A stretch of 29,682 nt of DNA from a virus (lineage: Duplodnaviria > Caudoviricetes). The translations under genes and the position numbers were made by a program. The DNA is taken from positions 1 to 29,682 of the IMG/VR virus record IMGVR_UViG_3300030330_001561. One strand, 5' to 3'. The notes beneath the pieces were generated by a model. It worked only from the letters and a program-made list of their open reading frames with translations. It searched no databases and was not told where the DNA came from. Shown in pieces: positions 14,826 through 23,409 of the stretch. How positions within the stretch are numbered: position 1 is the first letter of the stretch; each line of letters begins with the position of its first letter.

Positions 14826-16462
14826 ATTCCGCTTACCTCTGGAGGAGGCATAATCTCCTCGTTTCCTCCGGCGAAAGAAATGCCACGATAGTTTGACTCT
14901 CCCGGCATCCCGTCCGTCAAAAAGTGATACGCCCCCGTCAATGGGTTCGTCATGCTCTGCAAACCCAAAGATCCATTAGTTGCATCGAGAGTTATTGCAG
15001 GAACGTCAATAGTCCCAAACGCCAACCCTTTTTCTACCAAGTTGCGGATCGTGATATTGTTTACGTTAGTCACTCCATTGCCGCGACGAACGGCAGGACG
15101 TAACAAACCAATCATCGAACACTCGATTGAGAAGGAGTGAATATTTTCAAGTGCTGAACCGGACTTGTAAGAGCAAGCGGAAGATGTGACGTTTGGAGAC
15201 GGAGTCGCACCTAGAGGAACACCAAATCCGCACGTTGTGCCAAAAACAAAAGGGATGTCTTCATCGTTGCCGATTGGGGCAAGGTTTGGCCCCGTGGTCA
15301 CATCGGTCATTACCGCCCCGCAACGAAGTTCGTGAGGGAAGAAGGTTGCCGTGTTTGAAGCACTAAAGTTTTCATCGGTCAAAACAGGTGCTAAGCCAGT
15401 CGCTCCGTCTCCCGTTGATATCTGCTCAACACCGAACCCGCCTCCGATCTGGTCATCGCTGTTGCCAAAACTGTAGAAGCGTATCGGGATCGAGGGAGCC
15501 GAAACAATATAGTCGGGACGGGACCCACCTTGCTGGTCTGGCCTTTCCTCGGAGCAGTCGGTACTTCGGTAGCCAAACAAAATATAACTTGAATCTTCTG
15601 GACTTTCGGAATCGAAACCGTCCACGTTTCTATACGAAAAGAAACCGTCATTACGAAGGATCAATTCGGTTGTTGGTTTGGTTTTGCCACCCGCTACAAA
15701 TTTTGAATACGTCCGGGTGATCACCTCTTCCCTTTGCACCCTAGATCCTGACAAGCCTGTTCTGAATTTGTACGTAAAGGTGAGAGTGATTGTCGGTGGG
15801 AATTCTGACGTGAAATCAAAAATCAATTTTGGGTACGGACCGTTCCCGTAATACCTTGCTTGCTCCGGCCTTTTTATTTCACGTCTTGGGTTGTATCCAA
15901 CAAAGAAATTTACTGGGTTTCCGTCTTGATCTTCACTGGTTCTTTCCTGAACGAGAGCCGGAGTTTGAAAGAATGTTCCGCCAAGAAAGAAGAAACCTCC
16001 TCCATTGACTTGTTCAATCTTGTCATCGTCGGAGTTAGAAGGAGCACGGCATCGAAACCGGTATCCGCCTACAAAGTCTCCAGAATATAGTTCCGCCGTG
16101 GTAAGAATAAGGGGATCCTGTTTGATCCTGAATCCTCTGTGCCTAAAACCGAAAATAGAATCCAAGTTGGTGTCGTTTATATTGTTGTTGTCTGGAGCAA
16201 TCAATCCGATGGTATCTCTTGGAACAAAAACAAAATCGTCAAATATATTCACCGGTGCTTCGTTAGTTGATGCTCGGCCTCCCGGGTAAATTTCAAAGTC
16301 GCCAAGTGGAACCTCGCGGTCAGTGCCAAGATCCAAGAAGAAGGAGCAATCCTCTTCCGGTATCATGTAAGAACCCGAAGGAATCGGAGTCACCAATTCA
16401 CATTCGATGAACCGAACAAACCGCTTTGGTTGATTGCAGCAACAGTATTTTTTGAGGGTCAT
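14822..16462 (-). CDS. Putative tail-tip/receptor-binding protein (lower GC, N-terminal CCC)
   Basis: MTLKKYCCCN start overlaps the upstream stop (ATGA); distal position in the tail module; visibly AT-richer. Confidence 0.55.
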   Translation of the reverse strand: MTLKKYCCCNQPKRFVRFIECELVTPIPSGSYMIPEEDCSFFLDLGTDREVPLGDFEIYPGGRASTNEAPVNIFDDFVFVPRDTIGLIAPDNNNINDTNLDSIFGFRHRGFRIKQDPLILTTAELYSGDFVGGYRFRCRAPSNSDDDKIEQVNGGGFFFLGGTFFQTPALVQERTSEDQDGNPVNFFVGYNPRREIKRPEQARYYGNGPYPKLIFDFTSEFPPTITLTFTYKFRTGLSGSRVQREEVITRTYSKFVAGGKTKPTTELILRNDGFFSYRNVDGFDSESPEDSSYILFGYRSTDCSEERPDQQGGSRPDYIVSAPSIPIRFYSFGNSDDQIGGGFGVEQISTGDGATGLAPVLTDENFSASNTATFFPHELRCGAVMTDVTTGPNLAPIGNDEDIPFVFGTTCGFGVPLGATPSPNVTSSACSYKSGSALENIHSFSIECSMIGLLRPAVRRGNGVTNVNNITIRNLVEKGLAFGTIDVPAITLDATNGSLGLQSMTNPLTGAYHFLTDGMPGESNYRGISFAGGNEEIMPPPEVSGI

Positions 16463-17112
16463 TCTTCTTCCTGACAAGGACCATCTACGTTCACTGCCGA
16501 ATAGAACATTGCGACCGTACGGTACTGATCGTCAGGATTAGGATTGCCCTCGTCATTTGTATCAACCGTGCAACGCAAAAGCGTCAGCATGACCAGCGGC
16601 CCGCGTGCATCATTGTGTTGGGTGTCAACGACAGGACCGGAACTGACCGCATTGGCGCGATGGATTGAAGGCATAACAGCGACGTTCTCAGGATACAGTT
16701 CTAGGTTTATGCCAAGCAGCGCGCTGTTACGTGACGTTGGCTGCCCGTACTCAGCACCATTTATGCCCGGAATGAACGTTGGATCAGATGGCGAGTTGCC
16801 GCTTACTCTTGCACCGTTGAACGTCGAAGCGGTCAAACCTGTTGGCGTTGCGTTGATGCCGACTTCTTCCCATGTGTAATAAAACAAACGATTTGGTCTG
16901 GTTGGCTCTTGGGTTGGGTTGCTGGGGTCTTCAATCAAGAAGTACCCCGTCAGCAACGCAGGGAAGGTGATCGGGTTTGGGTTTGGTACTTGACGCTGCG
17001 GCCCGACATCACCAAAGAACTGTTCGCTCTGGTAGATCGAGTTTGACATCCTCGACCACACTTCAGGCGTGAGGTTGCCAAGCCCTGTTGTGATCGGTGG
17101 TATCTGGCTCAC
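16459..17112 (-). CDS. Putative minor tail protein
   Basis: 217 aa; second gene after the tape measure; 4-bp overlaps on both sides. Confidence 0.55.
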   Translation of the reverse strand: MSQIPPITTGLGNLTPEVWSRMSNSIYQSEQFFGDVGPQRQVPNPNPITFPALLTGYFLIEDPSNPTQEPTRPNRLFYYTWEEVGINATPTGLTASTFNGARVSGNSPSDPTFIPGINGAEYGQPTSRNSALLGINLELYPENVAVMPSIHRANAVSSGPVVDTQHNDARGPLVMLTLLRCTVDTNDEGNPNPDDQYRTVAMFYSAVNVDGPCQEEE

Positions 17113-17999
17113 AGTCGAATGCCTAAGTTGCGGAAGTCAAACAGTTGCGGGAACGGCTGCCGCCATCCAACACGGAAAGCCTTGCCCGGATAGTTCTCCC
17201 CGCCATCGTCGTCTAGTTCTGAACCAAGCCGAATGACGTATTGGCCTTGGCGGTTGGTATCCCGATCGGCAACTTGGATGCGGTGGTAGTACTCGTCATA
17301 AGCAATCACATGCTGAATCGCATACTTGGCCCCAAACTGCGTATTGCCAAGGAAGCGGCTATTGGCTCCGAGGTACAACAACTGCCCAACTCTCGCACCA
17401 AGGAACGTGTTTGAGTTGCGCTTTCCTGCATACCTGAGCAGATTGCCCAAGAACGTGACGGCTGACGTTGGGTTCGTTTCAATCTCAACGTCAATGACCA
17501 GCCTCGGTTCAGTGTCAAGCACGCTCTGTGGATCACCGCCAGCATCTATGGCGATGCCTCCAATATCCGCATCAAGTTCACTACCTTCATTTGGGTTGTT
17601 GAAGTCAGCCGGTGCTGTCTCTCCGCTGCCCGGCGGGCGACGGTAAGCGTCTTTGAACTTGGCTTGCACTGCAAGGTTCCAAGTCTGTTTGAACGATGGA
17701 CTCGGCCCGATCTCAGGGCCAACCAGAGAGTCAGTACTGTAGTCCGCAGTCACACGCCAAACGAGCGTGTTGTCAGGATCACGCTTGCCTTGGATCTTGA
17801 CGCAGACCAACGTTGGGTAGTCGGGATGAAACGACCCGATGCCAACGCCGGTTGCTTGGATCGCCTGCAAGTCGGTTGTTAGTTGGTCAGCAGCCTCATC
17901 AGCCTTGACAACGAATCGGCGTTGCGTCGTTGTGGTTGGCCCCGCTGCATCGAACAGCAAGCCGCCAGTGTCACCGAGTTCTGTTGATGTCACGGTCAT
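17109..17999 (-). CDS. Putative distal tail/hub protein
   Basis: Immediately follows the tape measure; HPDYPTLVC, WRVTADYS, NSNTFLGARVGQLLYLGA. Confidence 0.6.
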   Translation of the reverse strand: MTVTSTELGDTGGLLFDAAGPTTTTQRRFVVKADEAADQLTTDLQAIQATGVGIGSFHPDYPTLVCVKIQGKRDPDNTLVWRVTADYSTDSLVGPEIGPSPSFKQTWNLAVQAKFKDAYRRPPGSGETAPADFNNPNEGSELDADIGGIAIDAGGDPQSVLDTEPRLVIDVEIETNPTSAVTFLGNLLRYAGKRNSNTFLGARVGQLLYLGANSRFLGNTQFGAKYAIQHVIAYDEYYHRIQVADRDTNRQGQYVIRLGSELDDDGGENYPGKAFRVGWRQPFPQLFDFRNLGIRL

Positions 18000-19495
18000 G
18001 TCAATGCTCCAGAAGCACCCGCACGGGCTATCCTATCCAAAAGGTTCACGGCGTCTTGTAGAAGTTCAGTCTGCTTTGGTGCTTCTTTATCGGCCTTCTT
18101 CTCTGCAGCGTCACCTTTGGTCAAACCACTCAGAGCAAACTTGAACGCACCAATAGCAGTCTCGCCAGCAGTTGCCAATCGTGCCTTCTCGCGTTCGGCT
18201 TTCTCGGCCTCGGCTTGTTCTTTGGCTGCGGCCTCAGCAATTTTCTTGGCGTCATCGGCTTGCTTTTGAGCAAGGCTGACAGCCTGTTCTTTGCGTTTGC
18301 GCAAGTTCTCAATGGCTCGCTGTTGTTCCTTGGCTTCAAACTCTTGCTTGACTCTGTCAATCGCGGCTTGCCGTTCTCGCTCCAACCGGGCCACGTCGGC
18401 TTCAGACTCTTCGCCTTGTTTGGCAAGTTCAACCCGCTGGTCAAACAACTTGTTGACCCGCTCAACAGATTTCTCAAATGCGTTTTCAGCCTTGACCAGT
18501 TCCAAGAAGTTCTGCAATTCTTCTTTGCGTTTCTCGTCCGTCGCCTCAGCAATTTGCAGTTGCAGCCTTGCCAACTCCAGCCGCTCTTTCTGTGCTTCCT
18601 CAGAAGCCAAAGCAGCCTGTGCAAGTTGTTCTTGCTTCTGCACTCTGGCATCCTCAAGCCTTTCTTGCTCTTGCTGAATACGCAAAGCCTCTGCTGCTTC
18701 TTCTTTTGCCTTGGCTTGCTCAGCAGCAATCTTGGCTTCTTGCTCAGCACGTTCGGCGGCTTGAATTGTTAGATCACGAATCTGCTTGGCTTGTGCTTCG
18801 AGTTCAGCGGCTTGCCTTGAAGCCACACCGGCTCGGCCCTCGTTGACTGAAGTACCTTCTTCTTGGGCAAACTTCTTGGCCTCATCCCGCAACTCTTGGG
18901 CTTGCCTCATTTGTGCTTGGAATGCAGCCTCTGCTTTGAGTTTATTTGCCTCAAGCGTATTGCCTTGCAACTCAGCAATTGCCGCTTGATTTGCAAGTGA
19001 TTGATCCATACCACTTACGGCAGCGGCGAACAACTGTTGCTCTCGTGCTACCGATTCCATTGCCTCTTGCAATTCTTTGGTTTCATCAACGGCAAGGCCA
19101 AGACCAATGGCAAGCGACCGCCCGAAGTTGGCAAAGTTGTTGAGGATCGGCACCTTCTCAAGGAACGCAGCAGTACCCTTGTCGAGCGCATCCAGCCCAC
19201 CGTTTGATTCTTCGATTGCTTCACTTGCTGCCGTGAATCCGTCAGCAATACCGCCAATCAGTTGAGCCGCTGCGGCAAAGCCAGCAATGACGCCAAGCGA
19301 CTCAGACAACTTAGACTGAAAGTCTTTGACCTTGCCGCCAGCCTCAAAGAATCCCTTCTTGGTTTTCTCTGTTGTCTGCTCAATGGCCTTGTCGGCTTGT
19401 CCAACTTTCTGCTTTGCTTTAGTCAAGCCATCTTCAAGCGGCTTGATATTGGCGTCAACTTTGACAGTCAGAGAGCCAGCAGGTATGTCAGCCAC
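17996..19495 (-). CDS. Tape measure protein
   Basis: AGSLTVKVDANIKPLEDGL N-terminus; long A/E/Q/K coiled coil; follows the chaperone genes. Confidence 0.85.
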   Translation of the reverse strand: MADIPAGSLTVKVDANIKPLEDGLTKAKQKVGQADKAIEQTTEKTKKGFFEAGGKVKDFQSKLSESLGVIAGFAAAAQLIGGIADGFTAASEAIEESNGGLDALDKGTAAFLEKVPILNNFANFGRSLAIGLGLAVDETKELQEAMESVAREQQLFAAAVSGMDQSLANQAAIAELQGNTLEANKLKAEAAFQAQMRQAQELRDEAKKFAQEEGTSVNEGRAGVASRQAAELEAQAKQIRDLTIQAAERAEQEAKIAAEQAKAKEEAAEALRIQQEQERLEDARVQKQEQLAQAALASEEAQKERLELARLQLQIAEATDEKRKEELQNFLELVKAENAFEKSVERVNKLFDQRVELAKQGEESEADVARLERERQAAIDRVKQEFEAKEQQRAIENLRKRKEQAVSLAQKQADDAKKIAEAAAKEQAEAEKAEREKARLATAGETAIGAFKFALSGLTKGDAAEKKADKEAPKQTELLQDAVNLLDRIARAGASGALT

Positions 19496-19499
19496 GGTA

Positions 19500-19643
19500 T
19501 CACCTCAACTTGATGAACTCTTCAACTTGCCCAAGCAGTCCGTTCCACTCAGGCAATGTTAGTTCTATCGGCTCACCAACGCCGGGGAAGAAGTGGGCAA
19601 GCAACGCACGTTCGCGTGTCCAATCACGCTTGACCCAACTCAA
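19500..19643 (-). CDS. Probable second tail-assembly chaperone segment (gpT-like, in the -1 frame)
   Basis: Not in the track; hand translation LSWVKRDWTRERALLAHFFPGVGEPIELTLPEWNGLLGQVEEFIKLR* fills the gap between chaperone and tape measure. Confidence 0.6.
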   Translation of the reverse strand: MSWVKRDWTRERALLAHFFPGVGEPIELTLPEWNGLLGQVEEFIKLR

Positions 19644-19651
19644 TCCCGGCG

Positions 19652-20086
19652 TCAGCCTTGATCGTCCGGCTTGATCTCCTCAAGATCCGGGTCGGTTGCT
19701 TCAGGCTGTTCGTTGCCTTCCGCAAATGGATTCCAAAGCCCACACACTTCTGCCGACGCTGAGGCGAGTTCACCAAGGTCGCTGATTGCATCAAGCACAT
19801 CAGGTTGGTGCTTTCCTGCGGTCAGGGCTGCACCAATGAACAGACGCGCACCAAGTTCGGTGTACGCCTGCCGCTTGACTTCTGTGCCTTGATCCCACGC
19901 TTGCCGCATCTCAGACACTTTCGCCACGGTCTGCTCGTTGTTTAGGCCGACGGCTTGGCAATCGCTGATCATTTCTTTGCGGCGAACCTCAAAGATGCGT
20001 TGCCCTACCTCATGGATCTGGCGAACCGTCAGGCGTGGCACAGTGAACTCTTGCCCGTCAAGTGTGATCGTGACTTCTTTGATCAT
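19652..20086 (-). CDS. Tail assembly chaperone (gpG-like)
   Basis: EVTITLDGQEFTVPRLTVRQI; lies between tail tube and tape measure. Confidence 0.7.
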   Translation of the reverse strand: MIKEVTITLDGQEFTVPRLTVRQIHEVGQRIFEVRRKEMISDCQAVGLNNEQTVAKVSEMRQAWDQGTEVKRQAYTELGARLFIGAALTAGKHQPDVLDAISDLGELASASAEVCGLWNPFAEGNEQPEATDPDLEEIKPDDQG

Positions 20087-20328
20087 GTCATTCCTCTCAA
20101 GTGTGGCGGCAGCGAGACTGTTGTTTGTGTCCAGTCCCGCCGCCGCTTGGTTTCAATACTGACCAGACGGTTGATGTCGTTGGTCAAACGATAGAGCGAG
20201 ATAGCACAACGCTGTGCTTCCTCAAGTGTTTCAGCCGAAGAGCCGCACTTCCTCGTGATGATCTTGCCGGTCTTCAGGCCTCTGAACTGCACGACCGATA
20301 CCCAATCATCAGGCGACTTCCTTGCCAT
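20083..20328 (-). CDS. Hypothetical basic protein
   Basis: 81 aa, tightly packed between tail tube and chaperone. Confidence 0.55.
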   Translation of the reverse strand: MARKSPDDWVSVVQFRGLKTGKIITRKCGSSAETLEEAQRCAISLYRLTNDINRLVSIETKRRRDWTQTTVSLPPHLRGMT

Positions 20329-20330
20329 GC

Positions 20331-20747
20331 TTAGGATTCATCCCAAGTCAAGGTGATGTCACCAGTGAACTCACCGTCAACACTGATCGAAGCATCGCCA
20401 CCTTGGGTGCTGGTGGGTGACACGTTGCCAATGACAGCCGTACCTGACCACTGGCTCAAAGTCTTCGTGGTCGATCCGGTTTGCAAGGTCACAGCCTCAC
20501 CTGCCTTGTTGAACGCCAAGACATCGGTTGAGGTTGGCATTGGCTCAGTCGTGCCGCTGTTATCTTGCATAATGCCAGAAGCAGAGAATGTGCCGGACAT
20601 CAGGCCGCCACGCTTCTGTGCAAAGGTGTCAGCAAAGGCGGTGACATCAGAGACAACCTGCGAGAAGGTTGCTGACCAAGTGTTGAAGAGAATGTTGTGG
20701 TTTGCAACGGTGCATTGACCGTCGGATCCGGTGATACGGTTTGCCAT
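20331..20747 (-). CDS. Major tail (tube) protein
   Basis: ITGSDG...DVTAFAD...GGLMSGTFSASG...WSGTAVI...ASISVDGEFTG; AGGAG RBS; position. Confidence 0.8.
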   Translation of the reverse strand: MANRITGSDGQCTVANHNILFNTWSATFSQVVSDVTAFADTFAQKRGGLMSGTFSASGIMQDNSGTTEPMPTSTDVLAFNKAGEAVTLQTGSTTKTLSQWSGTAVIGNVSPTSTQGGDASISVDGEFTGDITLTWDES

Positions 20748-20757
20748 GTTTGGCTCC

Positions 20758-21174
20758 TTAGGTGACGGCCCCAGTGCGAAGCCTGAATTCAGTGATGACT
20801 CTTAGGTACTCGCCCTCCACTGAGCGGATACCGTCGTTGGTACATTCGATTTTGGCAGCACCGTGATTGTCAATCGCTGGCGTGCCGTTCTGCATTAGGT
20901 CAAACAGTTTGGTTTGGAGTACGCCCAAGGCTGTCATACCGTCTTGCTTTCTGTTGTAAATATCGACTTGGAACAGATAGTCCTTGATTGTGCTGCCGTT
21001 GAACGTCTGCTCAAACGGTGCGCTAATCAACTGGAAGATGCACAACGGCACGGCTTCCATGCTTGGTGCTTCTTGCTCGTAGATGCGTCCACCCACTGCG
21101 ACATAGAACCCGTTCACGTTGAGTTGCTGGCTGATCAGTTGCGTGTAGAACGCTTTCACAACGTCTTGGCTCAT
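20758..21174 (-). CDS. Tail terminator/completion protein (DUF3168-like)
   Basis: VGGRIYEQEAP...P.CIF...FQVDIY. Confidence 0.75.
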   Translation of the reverse strand: MSQDVVKAFYTQLISQQLNVNGFYVAVGGRIYEQEAPSMEAVPLCIFQLISAPFEQTFNGSTIKDYLFQVDIYNRKQDGMTALGVLQTKLFDLMQNGTPAIDNHGAAKIECTNDGIRSVEGEYLRVITEFRLRTGAVT

Positions 21175-21635
21175 GCCTTACCTCCGCCCCTCGCAAAATC
21201 TTTGAACGCTTTCACAGCGGCTTTCCGGGCGAGTTCGCCAGCCTTCTTGGCTCCCTCACTCAACGCACGCCGCATGTATGGTCGTGCGGGTTGATTGATG
21301 GTTCGCCCTTTTTTGTCGGTACCGACAAAGCCAAACTCAAGCCGAGCCGCGTATGGCACGATCCGGTTGTCAGGCCCAACGCGAGACAACGGCTTTGGCC
21401 CTGTGGCTTGTCGGTTGTCAACTTGGATACTTCGCTGCAAATCACCTCTAAAGTTGAATGGCGGTTCAGGAGCCGTCGAGCCACTAACCCATCGGCCATT
21501 TTTTCTTGCGGACCGCCCACGGTTGACTAATTGCTTTGCTACTTTTTGAATGTGAAACGCAGCGGTTTGGACAGCATCGGCAGCCATCGCTTCACCCAAA
21601 CGCTTGCCCAAATTGACGTTGAATTCGTGGCTCAT
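21171..21635 (-). CDS. HK97 gp10-like neck protein
   Basis: PEPP...GDLQRSI...VG...YAARLEFG...QPARPYMRRAL. Confidence 0.85.
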   Translation of the reverse strand: MSHEFNVNLGKRLGEAMAADAVQTAAFHIQKVAKQLVNRGRSARKNGRWVSGSTAPEPPFNFRGDLQRSIQVDNRQATGPKPLSRVGPDNRIVPYAARLEFGFVGTDKKGRTINQPARPYMRRALSEGAKKAGELARKAAVKAFKDFARGGGKA

Positions 21636-22006
21636 GCTACCGCCGTCGAGTCTTCAGAACAGTCCACCACAACGTGAGCCAATGATGCAGCACCCGAGAA
21701 CATGCCGGGCTTGATCACGCCAACCACCTCTAGAAACCGAACGCTGCTGTCTGCCGGATCAGTGAACTTCAGCCGGTTGGTTGGTGCGATGGTCACGCCT
21801 GCATCGAAGTAGACGCGATGTGTGATCACCAGTTCATCACGACCGGCTTGCAGAGGTTCCGACGCACCGGCTGGCTGGATGAACCCGGTGACGGTTGAGC
21901 CGTCCGAGTACGTCAGCACCGGGAAGCCTGACGCATCGTTCGCGGTTCCGGCGGTCTGGATGGTGATTGACACGCCATGCTTCGTAATGAGTTCGGTGAC
22001 GCTCAT
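21632..22006 (-). CDS. Head closure/head-tail adaptor
   Basis: ITIQ...DASG.P...GFIQP...ITHRVYF...I.PTNRL; position after the connector. Confidence 0.75.
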   Translation of the reverse strand: MSVTELITKHGVSITIQTAGTANDASGFPVLTYSDGSTVTGFIQPAGASEPLQAGRDELVITHRVYFDAGVTIAPTNRLKFTDPADSSVRFLEVVGVIKPGMFSGAASLAHVVVDCSEDSTAVA

Positions 22007-22890
22007 GACTTCCTATCAATGAACTGAGCAAGAAGTTCTCTGATCCGCTCCGATGATCGGATTGGATCAGATGCACGGGTGTACGAGTATGAGCCGATTG
22101 ACTCCGACTGCATGGTTGGGTTCTCGGCTTTGTTGCTGTAGGCGTACTGCACCAACTCGATGCAGGCTTGTGCAAGGTCAGCAGGGACGTCAGTGAGTTC
22201 GTCAAAGCCTGCGTCGTACTCTACGAGGATGCCGCCAAAAGTGTGAGGCATTGGCAAACCTGCGTCGGTGTGCTTTCCGAAGAACAGCATGTCGGCGGAA
22301 TCCACGAACTCAAGCGTGGCACGATCATCATGCACGCGGTACGGGATATCGTCGCGGTCAGGGAACTCAACCTGTGCAGTCGAGAGCATGACGTTCACGC
22401 CGCCTTGGCGGAACAGGTCAATGCTCAGGCAGTTGGTTGACAAGGTTGCATCAAAGCCAGATACAGCGTTGATGGCATCGACAAGGCCCGAAGCCGTGTC
22501 ATTGTTGGCAGACGCGAAGACAAGGTTAGTCGATGTCTTCGTGCCGTCGGACTGGTGGCGGGTCAGAATCAAGCGGTCGCTGCGAACTTCTACAACGGCA
22601 CGCAGGTCACTAGCGGTGTCGCTGCTGACACTGAACGCGATCTTGTTGCCGATGGCTACTCGGCTGATTCCAATGACGGGATAGTTGCGAAGCCTGAGCC
22701 GTCGCTGCCCGGACCCGTTGTATGACTCGCGGTAAGACTGCTTTCTGAAGTTGCGGTCGCAGTACCGCTCGATGCGGGTTGACTCTGCGTTGATCAGGCG
22801 TTCGATCAGGGCATCATCGCCGGATGTGCCAACCCCCATGTACGCCTTTGCATCAGCCAGAGATACGAGTGCGTTGTCAGCCAGAGCCAT
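22003..22890 (-). CDS. Head-tail connector (HK97 gp6/SPP1 gp15-like) with a central insertion
   Basis: LVSLADAKAYMG...DDALIERLINA...IERYCDR; VEYDAGF...VPADLAQAC; SESIGSYSYT. Confidence 0.85.
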   Translation of the reverse strand: MALADNALVSLADAKAYMGVGTSGDDALIERLINAESTRIERYCDRNFRKQSYRESYNGSGQRRLRLRNYPVIGISRVAIGNKIAFSVSSDTASDLRAVVEVRSDRLILTRHQSDGTKTSTNLVFASANNDTASGLVDAINAVSGFDATLSTNCLSIDLFRQGGVNVMLSTAQVEFPDRDDIPYRVHDDRATLEFVDSADMLFFGKHTDAGLPMPHTFGGILVEYDAGFDELTDVPADLAQACIELVQYAYSNKAENPTMQSESIGSYSYTRASDPIRSSERIRELLAQFIDRKS

Positions 22891-22913
22891 CAGCAGTCTC
22901 CTTTTCCCCCCTC

Positions 22914-22943
22914 AGCCCGGCAGCCACGAATGGACTGCCGGGC
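22914..22943 (-). promoter_or_regulatory. UUCG-capped hairpin between the head genes and the connector
   Basis: Minus strand GCCCGGCAG-t-CCA-ttcg-TGG-CTGCCGGGC, followed by a purine tract and AAGGAG RBS rather than a U-tract. Confidence 0.6.
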
Positions 22944-22973
22944 CTTTGAGAGGAAGGTCACGGGTGTGAGTGA

Positions 22974-23390
22974 TCAGATGACCACAACGCGGCCTTGCCA
23001 GTCGGCGTCGGCTGCGGTGATTGGTCGCTGATCGTTGAGGGTAAACGCTGCAACATAGTTGCTGGACGAGGCAGGCCCGTCAAACGAGATGGTGATGTAG
23101 CGCTTGCGACCACGCAGGTCAACAACGTACACAGCACAACCATCGTCGGCAGCCACAGCGGTTGGAGAGGTGACGGTGCTGGACAGGTCAGTGCCGGAGA
23201 TGTCGGCTTGACCGGAACCAGAAGCGTCGGACTCTTGCAACTTGAGGGCTGCCATCGCGCCGTCAGAACCACCGGAGGTGAAGAACTGGACAACGAGGTA
23301 GTCAGCGTTCAGGGTGTCAATCTCTTTGGTCGTTGCTGAAGCGTCGGACTCAGAGAAATGTTTGAAGGTGATGTCTTGAAGTGGATTCAC
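22974..23390 (-). CDS. Putative capsid decoration/cement protein
   Basis: 138 aa, beta-rich, directly after the capsid gene; EIDT...ALKLQESD...VDLRGRKRYI. Confidence 0.65.
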   Translation of the reverse strand: MNPLQDITFKHFSESDASATTKEIDTLNADYLVVQFFTSGGSDGAMAALKLQESDASGSGQADISGTDLSSTVTSPTAVAADDGCAVYVVDLRGRKRYITISFDGPASSSNYVAAFTLNDQRPITAADADWQGRVVVI

Positions 23391-23409
23391 TTTGGGTTCA
23401 ACCTTTCAA

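Noticed and set aside
18130-18900. Repetitive low-complexity DNA and alternative-frame ORFs in the tape measure gene
   Set aside because: Explained by A/E/Q/K coiled-coil codon usage.
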